64,000 bases of DNA from Pirellulales bacterium (GTDB taxonomy: Bacteria; Planctomycetota; Planctomycetia; Pirellulales; UBA1268), in NCBI GenBank assembly GCA_040397545.1, contig JBBAVV010000002.1, forward strand, positions 1,632 to 65,631, given 5' to 3'. Below are positions 1-9,200 of the stretch, piece after piece; the first letter of the stretch is position 1, and every line of letters starts with the position of its first letter. Made by a program: the position numbers and the translations under genes. The notes below the pieces were generated by a model. It worked only from the letters and a program-made list of their open reading frames with translations. It ran no database searches and was not told the origin of the DNA.

Positions 1-2
1 CT

Positions 3-80
3 CTGGTAGTAAGGGCCGAGGTGTCGCGGTATCCAATGAATGGCGAGGAAGCACAACGGATGTTGAGGGAACTGAAGTAA
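3..80 (+). CDS. 3' end of an ORF cut by the window edge (..LVVRAEVSRYPMNGEEAQRMLRELK*); possibly the immunity gene of a preceding cassette
   Basis: Frame is open from the window edge to TAA at 78-80. Same orientation as toxin cassette 1 and immediately upstream of it. Confidence 0.2.
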   Translation: MVVRAEVSRYPMNGEEAQRMLRELK

Positions 81-238
81 TGATTGCGGCAGCGATCATG
101 TCGGCATTCACGCAGCCAGCTCGACAAAATGCGTGAGGAGCATGGCTGGCCGGCTGGGTTTTCGGAGAGGGGAGAAGGTGCAGCCGCCAAGCCTATGTAA
201 AGCGTAACACGGCGATCTCCGAAGCGGGGTTCGCCTGA

Positions 239-1624
239 ATGTCGATCGTGGGGCCGGCATGGGCCGCGGTGGCCGACGCCATCGGCGCGTTTGCCGACGC
301 CTCGCAGGCCTGGGCTGACGCGGTCGGCAGTGCCTTTGTCGGCTGGGCGATGGCCCAAGCCCAGGCGGGTGCGGACTTCGGGATCGCAGGGGCGATCGCG
401 GGTGCCACTGCCGGCAAAGCCGCCGCGGCAGCGGGCTCGATCTATTCCGCGGCGGTCTCCAAGGCTGCGGGCGATCTGATGCGGGCGTTGAACGCGGTCC
501 AGACAGGCTTTGTCGACGCCGCGACAGAAGCGAGCGTCAAGGCGACGAAGGCGATCGCGGCCGCGGAGACGGTCGAGCGCAAGGCCGTCGCGAAGGCCGA
601 CGTCGTTCTCGCCCAGGATCTCCAGTCCGCCTGGGGAACGTACGCGGCGGCCGAGCGATCCGCCGTCACCCTCAATGCCCGCGAGCGCGCGACGATCGGC
701 GCCGACTCCAAAAAGGAAGTCGCCGGAGCGGAGCTCGCAGCGGTCAAGACCGTCGCCCCGGCCCGAAAGACGTCGATGGTCGCCACGGCCGAGGCCAATG
801 GGGTCTATCACGTCAAAGTGACGAGCATCGTCGCCGACTCGGGGATGCTCGGTGGGGAGATCAAGGTCGAAGCGACGAAGGCGAAAGCCTTGAGCATCAG
901 CGCCTGGCTGGGGAAGAAGGCCCAGGGGCTGTGGGACACGGCGAAGGACGTCGTCGGCACGATCAGCAAGTCGTACGACACCATCAGCCTGGCGGCCCAT
1001 ACCGCCTTGGGTGCGGGCGGAATGATTCCCGCCTTCGGTATCTTTCCCGACGCCGCTGATCTCGCCCTTACGCTCGTAGAGCTCCCGTTCGGGAAGTCAG
1101 ACGGCAAGGATGTCGCGCTGGCGACGGTGAGCCTCGTAACCACAGCTGCCCCGGGGCCGGTTGACATAGCCGCCGGCGGCGTGAAACTGACCGCGAGAAT
1201 GGCCAAGGCGGGCGCCAAGGTCGCCGATGCAGGAAGGCCCTTTATTGATGGGGCGGCGGCGGCTGGACACAGCCTGCAAGCGCAGGCCAGAGTGCAGAAG
1301 GTGAGGAACGCGACTTGGGGAGCTGTCGTCGAGCACGGCGAGACGGCGATGGACCACATTCGCAGGGGCCATTTCCACGACTCGCGACCTGGTCGAGCAA
1401 CGAGTAGATTCAGCGAGGCAAATAGCTTGCCGGGAAAGATCAAGGCCTTGGTCCAGGAGGCCGTGGCGAAAGGAAATCACTCAATAAACAGCCGAGGCCA
1501 GACGTCGATTCGGCACACGTTTGACGAGGTCATCGGCGCAGATGCCAATGGACGTAAGACAAGGTCACTTCGAATATTCATAGACGAACTCAGTAACGTC
1601 GTTAACGCGTTTCCTGTCCACTAA
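239..1624 (+). CDS. polymorphic-toxin-like protein 1: Ala/Gly-rich N-terminal module, PT-TG-like linker, C-terminal EndoU-like RNase domain (tentative)
   Basis: 461-aa ORF. The first ~210 aa contain a glycine-zipper stretch (GADFGIAGAIAGATAGKAAAAAG) and are shared with ORF 2110-3642. The unique lower-GC C-terminal half has GMIPAFGIFPDAADL..FGKSDGKD (PT-TG-like). It ends HIRRGHFHDSRPGRATSRFSE..IKALVQEAVAKG..LRIFIDELSNVVNAFPVH, which resembles bacterial EndoU-type toxin domains. A small ORF follows 12 nt downstream. Confidence 0.8.
   Translation: MSIVGPAWAAVADAIGAFADASQAWADAVGSAFVGWAMAQAQAGADFGIAGAIAGATAGKAAAAAGSIYSAAVSKAAGDLMRALNAVQTGFVDAATEASVKATKAIAAAETVERKAVAKADVVLAQDLQSAWGTYAAAERSAVTLNARERATIGADSKKEVAGAELAAVKTVAPARKTSMVATAEANGVYHVKVTSIVADSGMLGGEIKVEATKAKALSISAWLGKKAQGLWDTAKDVVGTISKSYDTISLAAHTALGAGGMIPAFGIFPDAADLALTLVELPFGKSDGKDVALATVSLVTTAAPGPVDIAAGGVKLTARMAKAGAKVADAGRPFIDGAAAAGHSLQAQARVQKVRNATWGAVVEHGETAMDHIRRGHFHDSRPGRATSRFSEANSLPGKIKALVQEAVAKGNHSINSRGQTSIRHTFDEVIGADANGRKTRSLRIFIDELSNVVNAFPVH
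293..870 (+). repeat. 578-bp direct repeat, copy 1 (5' module of toxin gene 1)
   Basis: Aligns without indels to 2287-2864 at a constant offset of 1994 nt. About 55 mismatches counted by eye. Confidence 0.9.
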
Positions 1625-1636
1625 TTAACATCCACC

Positions 1637-2095
1637 ATGATCACTATAGATTACTCACTCAAGCCGTCGACAATACAGAGGGATCGAAGCACCTTTAACA
1701 TGCATACGCTCGACGAAGTCGGCCTAAGAAAAATTGGCCGAGGAAGACTCTTCGTCGTCGACGATAAACAGCGAGTCTATTTCATAGTTGATTCGCAAGT
1801 GCTCGACTACGCCAATCAGCTCGTCGGCGTAGTTTCTGAGTTTGAAAGGGGGAATCGCGAGACTTTCGCGGTCTCACCGGACTTCTTCAGCAACAACCTT
1901 CGATTTACACTCGATCCGCAATCGAGAGACATGGAGGTGTACGAAGAAAATGGCGGCAGCTTTCGATTGAACTTCAAGTACAAGGCATTCAAGGAAGCGA
2001 TCCGTATTTTCTATCAGGGTATGCTAAGAGATTTTTTGCTTTACTATCCGGAACTGTCTGATAACATCGCCTTTCAACGACTCGTCTCTCAGTAG
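1637..2095 (+). CDS. putative cognate immunity protein 1 (hypothetical, 152 aa)
   Basis: Small same-strand ORF 12 nt after the toxin 1 stop. Markedly lower GC than the flanking core. No recognisable family. Confidence 0.6.
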   Translation: MITIDYSLKPSTIQRDRSTFNMHTLDEVGLRKIGRGRLFVVDDKQRVYFIVDSQVLDYANQLVGVVSEFERGNRETFAVSPDFFSNNLRFTLDPQSRDMEVYEENGGSFRLNFKYKAFKEAIRIFYQGMLRDFLLYYPELSDNIAFQRLVSQ

Positions 2096-2109
2096 GTCGA
2101 CACCGCTTC

Positions 2110-3642
2110 TTGAACGGGCTGTTTTCCCGGGAGGAAAAAAGGGGGAAAGGTGCCAGCAACAAATCTAGGGCGGCGCGACCAGTAGGTCGCCGGGCAGGGC
2201 TGGCGTGGGCCACGATCGTGGAGCCGGCGTGTTGCGCGGCGGCAGCGGCCCAAGCCGCGGCCGCCGCCGCAGCGATCGGCGAGCTAGCCGACGCCTCACG
2301 GGCCTGGCAAAACGCGGTCGGCAGCGCGTTTGTCGGCTGGGCCATGGCCCAAGCCCAGGCTGGTGCCGACTTCGGGATCGCCGGCGCGATCGCGGGTGCC
2401 ACGGCCGGCAAAGCCGGCGCGGCAGCGGGCACGATCTATTCCGCGGCGGTCTCCAAGGCTGCTGGGGATCTGACGCGGGCGCTCAATGCGGTTCAGACCG
2501 GATTTGTCGACGCCGCGACAGCGGCGAGCGTCAAGGCGACGAAGACGATCGCGGCGGCGGAGACGGTCGAGCGAAAGGCCGTCGCGAAGGCCGACGTCGT
2601 TCTCGCCCAGGATCTCCAGTCCGCCTGGGGCACGTACGCGGCAGCCGAGCGATCCGCCGTGACTCTCAACGCCCGCGAGCGGGCGACGATCGGCGCCGAC
2701 TACAAAAAGGAAGTCGCCGGAGCGGAGCTCGCAGCGGTCAAAGCCGTCGCCCCGGCCCGGAAGACCTCGATGGTCGCCACGGCCGAGGCCAACGGCGTCT
2801 ATCACGTCAAAGTGACGGGCATCGTCGCCGACCTGGGGATTCTCGGCGGGGAAATCAAGGTCGAGCAGGTGAAGGCATCCCACAGCCTGATCTCGCCGGC
2901 AACGCTCAAGAAATGGCTCGACGTGCTCTCCACCTGCGGCGACATGACTGTGGCCGCCGTCAAGGGGCTCGCGCAGGGGGCGGCGAACAGCCCCAATGGA
3001 GCGCAGGACAGTTTCGCCCACACCGGAAACCTGTTCTTAACCTACGTCAATACGGTCGCGGACGTCACCGATGCATTTGTCGGAACACCCAAGGACCAGC
3101 GGATTCGCGTGCCGATGATCCCCTTGGTCGACTGGTCGCGAGGCCGCTTCGTGGCTGAGACCGACTCCGATCACGGCACGAGCAAGACCGCAGGCGGATT
3201 CGGCCTCGGTGTCCTTGGGCCAATGGGGTATGCAAGGCTTGCATCCCTGCGAAACCTGAGCACTGTTGACGGAGCCGGACTCCTCGCAAAGAACCTAGCA
3301 ACAAGGGCTTGGCCAGCCGCTTCCGTCGAAACTGCCATTGCAAGACATGCCGGCAACAATTGCACAACATGGCTGACGGCCACTGGAAAGCGAATTTTTG
3401 AGAATCCACAGACTGGTCGACAGGTGGTTGTGGACCTCCAGGGAGGCTATTTTCGTATTTTTCAGCCAAATGCAGTGGGGAGCAGCAAGGGAACCTACCT
3501 CAACATGTTAGGACGTGAGGTCCGTCCGGCTCGTCACACACCGAACGGGATCCAGAATCCGTTGCTGAGGGATCTGGACAAGGGAATGTGGCAGCAAGAA
3601 ACACACTTCTTCATCGAAGAGATTCTTCGCAAGGCGAGGTGA
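2110..3642 (+). CDS. polymorphic-toxin-like protein 2: same N-terminal module, unrelated C-terminal domain of unknown family
   Basis: 510-aa ORF. The start is uncertain: TTG at 2110 in the track, while homology to cassette 1 begins near 2215. Residues AWQNAVGSAFVGWAMAQAQAGADFGIAG..GGEIKVE parallel toxin 1. The sequence then diverges into a lower-GC C-terminus (..GKRIFENPQTGRQVVVDLQGGYFRIFQPN..ETHFFIEEILRKAR). Confidence 0.75.
   Translation: MNGLFSREEKRGKGASNKSRAARPVGRRAGLAWATIVEPACCAAAAAQAAAAAAAIGELADASRAWQNAVGSAFVGWAMAQAQAGADFGIAGAIAGATAGKAGAAAGTIYSAAVSKAAGDLTRALNAVQTGFVDAATAASVKATKTIAAAETVERKAVAKADVVLAQDLQSAWGTYAAAERSAVTLNARERATIGADYKKEVAGAELAAVKAVAPARKTSMVATAEANGVYHVKVTGIVADLGILGGEIKVEQVKASHSLISPATLKKWLDVLSTCGDMTVAAVKGLAQGAANSPNGAQDSFAHTGNLFLTYVNTVADVTDAFVGTPKDQRIRVPMIPLVDWSRGRFVAETDSDHGTSKTAGGFGLGVLGPMGYARLASLRNLSTVDGAGLLAKNLATRAWPAASVETAIARHAGNNCTTWLTATGKRIFENPQTGRQVVVDLQGGYFRIFQPNAVGSSKGTYLNMLGREVRPARHTPNGIQNPLLRDLDKGMWQQETHFFIEEILRKAR
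2146..2170 (+). repeat. 25-nt cassette-junction motif AAAGGTGCCAGCAACAAATCTAGGG
   Basis: 23 of 25 nt identical to 4028-4052. Both copies lie just downstream of an immunity-type ORF. A weaker relative (GAAGGTGCAGCCGCCAAGCCT) lies at 174-194, upstream of toxin 1. Confidence 0.6.
2287..2864 (+). repeat. 578-bp direct repeat, copy 2 (5' module of toxin gene 2)
   Basis: See 293-870. Similarity stops at the codons for GGEIKVE in both genes. Confidence 0.9.
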
Positions 3643-3645
3643 CCG

Positions 3646-4008
3646 ATGCAAATGAGCCAACTTTTTCGCCGCGGGATTCTTAGGCCGGTCGACGACACCG
3701 CCGCAAATGAACTGTCGTCATTCCACATCACGCAGCCTATTTTAGTTGAGTGGCTGCCCATTCCATCGGATGGCCAGTTTCAGCTGATCTGGGACTCCGG
3801 ACTTTTTCAGCGGATAAATGAGGCCTGTGGGCTTGCCATCTCCGACTTCGAAGAAGTTGAATTACCATGGAGCCGCATTCGTGACGCGATTCAAGCAGCC
3901 CAACTGAGCAGGTCGCAAGATCCGCACGTGAGAGCGTTCACCGTCATGACAACAACCCTCCTTGAGCGGGCATGGCAGTCAGAGCACAGCGTGTTTTTTG
4001 TTTTATAG
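3646..4008 (+). CDS. putative cognate immunity protein 2 (hypothetical, 120 aa)
   Basis: ATG lies 3 nt after the toxin 2 stop. Low GC. No recognisable family. Confidence 0.6.
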   Translation: MQMSQLFRRGILRPVDDTAANELSSFHITQPILVEWLPIPSDGQFQLIWDSGLFQRINEACGLAISDFEEVELPWSRIRDAIQAAQLSRSQDPHVRAFTVMTTTLLERAWQSEHSVFFVL

Positions 4009-4027
4009 CTTGGTTTCCTTCGGTCAA

Positions 4028-4052
4028 AAAGGTGCCAGCCACCAAATCTGGG
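4028..4052 (+). repeat. 25-nt cassette-junction motif, second copy (AAAGGTGCCAGCCACCAAATCTGGG)
   Basis: Matches 2146-2170. It is followed by ~200 nt with no intact toxin ORF before the convergent sulfotransferase gene. Confidence 0.6.
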
Positions 4053-4262
4053 AGAGTTGGGCGATCTGCTGGCAGCGGATGCAATCGCTGCTCAAGCAGA
4101 AGCTTCGCAGGCGGAGCCAGCGGCGCTGGTCCGCATTGACGGGCGCCGCTGCAGGCCACGCCACGGGCACGGCGGGGGCGCCGACGCTCGAGCGAGCTCG
4201 CTGGCTTTGTTGAGGCCGATATCGCTCGAGGCTCGAGCCGCGTCGGTGGTCTATCGTTGACG

Positions 4263-4979
4263 TCAGGCTGCCCGGCGGGCTGGCGATGCCACCGCCGACT
4301 GACGGCGGTAGTACCAGCCGAAGTAGCTGCGGGCGGCCGGCGCCAGAGCGCCGGCTTCGTCGAGGTATGGCGAGAGATCGCGGACCGGGCGCGGGCCGAC
4401 GTTGCAGCGATCGAGGCTCGTCACCGGGGTCTCGATCCCCCACTCGTCGGTCAGGGCGGCGAGGTCGTCGTCGATGGATTCCAGGTCGAGCAGCCGGGTG
4501 TTCTCCCAGGCCTGCCCGCCGACGTCGAAGAAGTTGTCGTACTTGGGGAGTTCCCGCCGCAGGATCGCGCGCTCGAGAAAGGTCCGGAACGAGTCGGTCT
4601 TCGCGGCGGCGATCAGCGGTGTGATCGGCTCGGTGCCGAAGTCGTAGCTCTTCCAATACTCGAACAACGACACGAGCATCGCCAGCGGCTCGCGGACGAC
4701 GCCGATGATCCGCAGCGGCGGCGGCTGATGGGGGAGGATGTGGCGGGCGAGGCTGCCGACGGCGTTCCGCCCCGATCGCCCCAGGAAACGGAGGGACTGC
4801 GGGGCGATCCCGAGCCGGTCGAGCGATTCCCGGACCGAGAGGTGGCTGACCGGGTGGATCGGGTCGGGTTTGACGAAGGCGGCGTCCGGGAACGTCGCCC
4901 GGAACCACTTCACCATCGAGTGCCCGGCGGTCTTCGGGTAGTGGGCGAAGGCGATCCCATGCCGGCGACTGTAGAGCAT
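4263..4979 (-). CDS. sulfotransferase family protein
   Basis: N-terminal AHYPKTAGHSM (PAPS 5'-phosphosulfate-binding-loop type) and IIGVVREPLAMLVSLF (3'-phosphate-binding-motif type). 238 aa. Confidence 0.65.
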   Translation of the reverse strand: MLYSRRHGIAFAHYPKTAGHSMVKWFRATFPDAAFVKPDPIHPVSHLSVRESLDRLGIAPQSLRFLGRSGRNAVGSLARHILPHQPPPLRIIGVVREPLAMLVSLFEYWKSYDFGTEPITPLIAAAKTDSFRTFLERAILRRELPKYDNFFDVGGQAWENTRLLDLESIDDDLAALTDEWGIETPVTSLDRCNVGPRPVRDLSPYLDEAGALAPAARSYFGWYYRRQSAVASPARRAA

Positions 4980-5255
4980 CGATTCCCCCTCCGCATGCCG
5001 CCAACGGATCCCTTCCCTGGGATCGCAGCGCGGCTGTGGCGTTATCGGCGCGAAGCTAAAGCCTTCTTAAGACATCCTGGGCGGGCTGAAGCAGCTTCTC
5101 CAGCCGGCCGTCTCAGGTTGGAAAAATGGGCGGGTCGGGCAAGCCCTGCCGGCGGGAAGGGACGCGACGGTGGTGTCGCGGGGAGGGATTTCTATGATGG
5201 AACATCGAGCGGGGGCCGCGCCCCGTGACGCCCAGACACCAAAGAGGAATGCCCG

Positions 5256-6104
5256 ATGAGCCCGCTTGCCGCTGCGATCCCCTCCCCTGCCCCGACCGCC
5301 CGGCAGCCGCTCCGCCTGGTGATGCACGGTGCCGCGGGGAGAATGGGGCAGCGAATCATCGCCTGTGCGGCGGCGGAACCGGCGCAGTGGACGCTCGTGG
5401 CGGCGGTCGATCGGGCCGGTCACCCTCGGACCGGGACCGACGCCGGGACCCTCGCCGGAGTGACGGCGGCCGGTGTCGCCATCAGCGACGGCTGGACCTG
5501 CTCGGCCGATGTCGTCATCGATTTCTCCCTCCCCGGCGCCGTGGCAGCGATCGCGGCGGAATGCGTCGCCCGGAAGGTGCCGCTGGTCGTGGCGACCACC
5601 GGCCTCGAGGTCTCCGACCAGGCAGCGATCCACGAGGCCGCCAAGCAGATCGCCGTCCTCCAGTCCCCGTCGATGAGCCTGGCTGTGAATGTGGCGATGG
5701 ATCTCGTGTCGCGAGCCGCGGCGCTCCTCCACCGCACCGGCGTGCGGGCCGATGTGGAGATCATCGAGTGCCACCACCGCCACAAGGAGGATTCGCCGAG
5801 CGGCACGGCGCTCAAGTTCGGTCATCTCGTCGCGGCCGCGATGGGGCAGACGAGGGCCGCCCACGGCCGCGAGGGGCGCCCCGGCGCCCGGCCGGCCGAC
5901 GAAATCGGCTACCACGCCGTCCGCGGCGGTGACAATCCCGGCGAGCACACGATCCTCTTCGGCCTCGAGGGGGAATCGCTCTCCGTCAACGTCCGGGCGA
6001 CCAACCGCGACTGCTATGCCCGTGGGGCCCTGGCTGCTGCGGCGTTCCTCGCCGGGAAGCCGGCGGGGCTCTATTCGATGCGCGACGTGCTCGGGATCGC
6101 CTGA
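5256..6104 (+). CDS. dapB: 4-hydroxy-tetrahydrodipicolinate reductase
   Basis: N-terminal Rossmann segment LRLVMHGAAGRMGQ. Carries the DapB signature EIIECHHRHKEDSPSGTALKFG. The 282-aa length fits. Confidence 0.9.
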   Translation: MSPLAAAIPSPAPTARQPLRLVMHGAAGRMGQRIIACAAAEPAQWTLVAAVDRAGHPRTGTDAGTLAGVTAAGVAISDGWTCSADVVIDFSLPGAVAAIAAECVARKVPLVVATTGLEVSDQAAIHEAAKQIAVLQSPSMSLAVNVAMDLVSRAAALLHRTGVRADVEIIECHHRHKEDSPSGTALKFGHLVAAAMGQTRAAHGREGRPGARPADEIGYHAVRGGDNPGEHTILFGLEGESLSVNVRATNRDCYARGALAAAAFLAGKPAGLYSMRDVLGIA

Positions 6105-6281
6105 CGGTGCGCCGAATTGTCGCGCTGAGTTTGATGTCCTGACGGGTGTGGCGGGGACCGGATGTCACACGCCCGGTCGACCGCGGCTACAATCTCTCCG
6201 CGCGTAGCCCGGGGGGTTCGGCCGCGTCGTCGGGCACGCCCCCCCACTTTCACTTGCATCCTTTTTTTCGCAGGGATCAGC

Positions 6282-9200
6282 ATGCGACTCACGGCCTGGC
6301 TCCGCTCGCTCACGTTCGTCGGCCTGATACTCCTCGGAAGTGTGGCGCCGGCGGACGATTTTCCCGCGCCGCCGAACACCGAGAAGTCGACCGAGCTCCC
6401 GATGGATCCGGCCGAGGTCTGCCGGACAGCGAAGCTCCCCCCCGGCTTCGCGCTCCAGGTGTTTGCCGCCGAGCCCGACGTCCAAAACCCGATCGGCCTG
6501 TGTACCGATGCACGAGGCCGGGTGTGGGTGGCGGAGAACTTCACCTGGGCGGGGAGCAACCTCGGGGGGTGGGATGACACGCTGCGCGACCGGGTCACGG
6601 TGCTCACCGATACCGATGGCGACGGGAAGCATGACGAGCGGACGGTGTTTTGGGATGGCGGCACGAGGCTGACGAGCGTGGCGGTGGGACTCGGAGGGGT
6701 GTGGGTGATCGACCTGCCCCATCTCCTCTTCATCCCCGATCGCGACGAAGATCTCGTCCCCGACGGCCCCCCCGAGATCGTCCTCGACGGCATCGACGAG
6801 AAAAGCGTCGGCCACACCCCGTGCAACGGCCTGAAGTGGGGCCCGGATGGCTGGCTGTGGGCCCGGCACGGGATCCAGGCAACGTCGCGGATCGGCGTCC
6901 CGGGGGCGGGGGATTCGCAGCGGGTGGAGATCAACACCGGCGTGTGGCGCTACCATCCCGGCCGCAAGGTCGTCGAGGGGGTGATCTCCGGGATGACGAA
7001 CTCCTGGGGCACCGACTTCGACGAGCATGGCGAAGCGTTCGTCATCAACACCGTCATCGGCCATCTGTGGCATGCCGTCCACGGGGCGCACACCGAGCGG
7101 ATGTATGGCACCGATCTGGAGTCGCATGTCTACGATCTCGTCCCGCAGGTGGCTGACCACGTCCATTGGGATACCGGCGAGAAGTGGAGCGACATCCGCT
7201 TCGGCGTCTCCGACAAGACCAGCGCCGCCGGCGGGGGCCATGCCCACATCGGCCTGATGATCTACGGCGGCACCAACTGGCCGCGCGAGTACCGCGGCGG
7301 GGTGTTCACGCTCAACCTCCACGGCCGGCGGATCAACCACGACCGCCTCGCCCCACTCGGGGCCGGCTACACCGCGTCGCACGGCGACGATCTCTGCTTC
7401 ATCGTCGATCCGTTCTATCGCGGCATGGATCTCGTCAGCGGCCCCGACGGCGGGGTCTACATCGCCGATTGGTCCGACACCGGCGAGTGCCACGACCATG
7501 ACGGCGTCCACCGCACCAGCGGCCGGATCTACAAGCTCGTCTACGGTGCCCCGCGGAACCCGGCCCGCGTCGATGTCGCCGCGCTCGAAGGGACGGCCCT
7601 GCGCGGCAATCTCCTCGTCGCCGACCAGTGGTGGAGCCGTGCGGCGGTGCGCGAGTGGCAGAGGCGGGCGCTGCGGGGCGACGACCTCGCCGCCGACATC
7701 GCCTGGCTCCGCGGGCATGCCGCGGAGGCCGCCGATCCCGCCCACCGCCTCCGCGCCCTGTGGGCCCTGGCCGCGATCGACCAGCCGGCGGTGGCCCTCG
7801 ATGAGGCCTTCCTGCTGGCGCGCCTCGACGATCCCGATCCGTTCGTGCGCAGCTGGGGGGTGCGGCTCCTGGTCGACGCCTGTTCGGCGGGGGGCCGGCA
7901 GCCCTCTCCGGCGGCGGTCGAGAGGCTCGTGGCCCTGGCCGGCACCGATCTGGCCGGCCCGGTGCAGCTCCATCTCGCCTCGGCGGTCGGTCGGCTCGCC
8001 GACGGCCCCGCCTGGGAGCTCGCGGGTGCGCTTGCCCCCCACGACACCTTCGCCACCGACGCCCAGTTTCCGAAGCTCGTGTGGTTTGGGCTGGCGCCGT
8101 CGGTCGCCCGGCATCCCGATGCGGCGGTGGCCCTCGCCGGCACCGCGGCGCTGCCGCAGCTGCGGCGCAACCTCGCCCGGTGGGTGGCCGGCCGTGTCGA
8201 CGAGCGCCCCGACCTCGTGGCGACGCTCCTCAAGACGGCCGTCGACGGGGATCCGCTGCGGCGCCGGGACCTCGTCACCGGCCTGGCCGACGGCCTCCGC
8301 GGCTGGCGGCAGGCCGCCCCTCCGGCCGGCTATGCAGACCTGTCGGCGGCGCTTGCCGCGGCTCCCGACGAGGCCACCGTGCAGGCCGTCCGCGAGCTCG
8401 ACGTCCTGTTCGGCGCGGGACGGGGCATGGAGACGGTTCGGCAGGTGGCCCTCGACGGCTCAGCCGCGCCCGAGGCCCGTCGCCAGGCGGTGCGGACGCT
8501 CGTGGCCACGGTGCCCGAGGATGGCGCCGCGCTTCTCCAAGGGCTTCTGGGGGACCGTCCCGTGATCGCCGAGGCGCTGGCGGGACTGGCCCGCTACGAC
8601 CATCCCGATACCCCGGAGAAAGCCCTCGGCCCGGCGGGGATCTTTGCCCCTGCCGACCGGGCGGCGCTGGTCGATCTCCTCGCCTCGCGCCCGCCCTATG
8701 CCGCGAAGCTCCTCGACGCCGTCGAGAGGGGGCAGGTCCGGGCCGAGGAGATCTCGGCCTTCCATGCCCGCCAGATCGCCGATTTCGGCGACGAGGCGCT
8801 CGCGGAGCGGCTCGGGAAGCTGTGGGGTCAGGTGCGCGTCAGCGCGGCTGACAGGAAAGAGCTCATCGAGCGCTGGCGGAACGAGCTCTCCTCCGACGTC
8901 ATCGCGGCCGCCGATCGGGGCCACGGCCGGGTGCTGTTTGCCAGGGACTGCGCGAGCTGCCATGTCCTGTTCGGCGAGGGGCGCAAGCTCGGCCCCGATC
9001 TGACCGGCTCAAATCGCAAGAACCTCGACTACCTCCTCGAGAACGTCATCGATCCCGGCGCGAGTGTCGGGGCCGACTTTCGGGCGGTGTCGTTCGTTCT
9101 CTCCGACGGCCGGGCGCTGACCGGCGTGATCAGTGCCGCCGACGACCGGACCCTCACCATCCAGACCGCCCAGGCGCCGATCGTCCTCGACCGCCACGAC

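Noticed and set aside
6165-8114. 649-aa minus-strand ORF
   Set aside because: It is antisense to the PVC-type haem-binding protein gene. Its composition is typical of high-GC frame noise, with no motifs.
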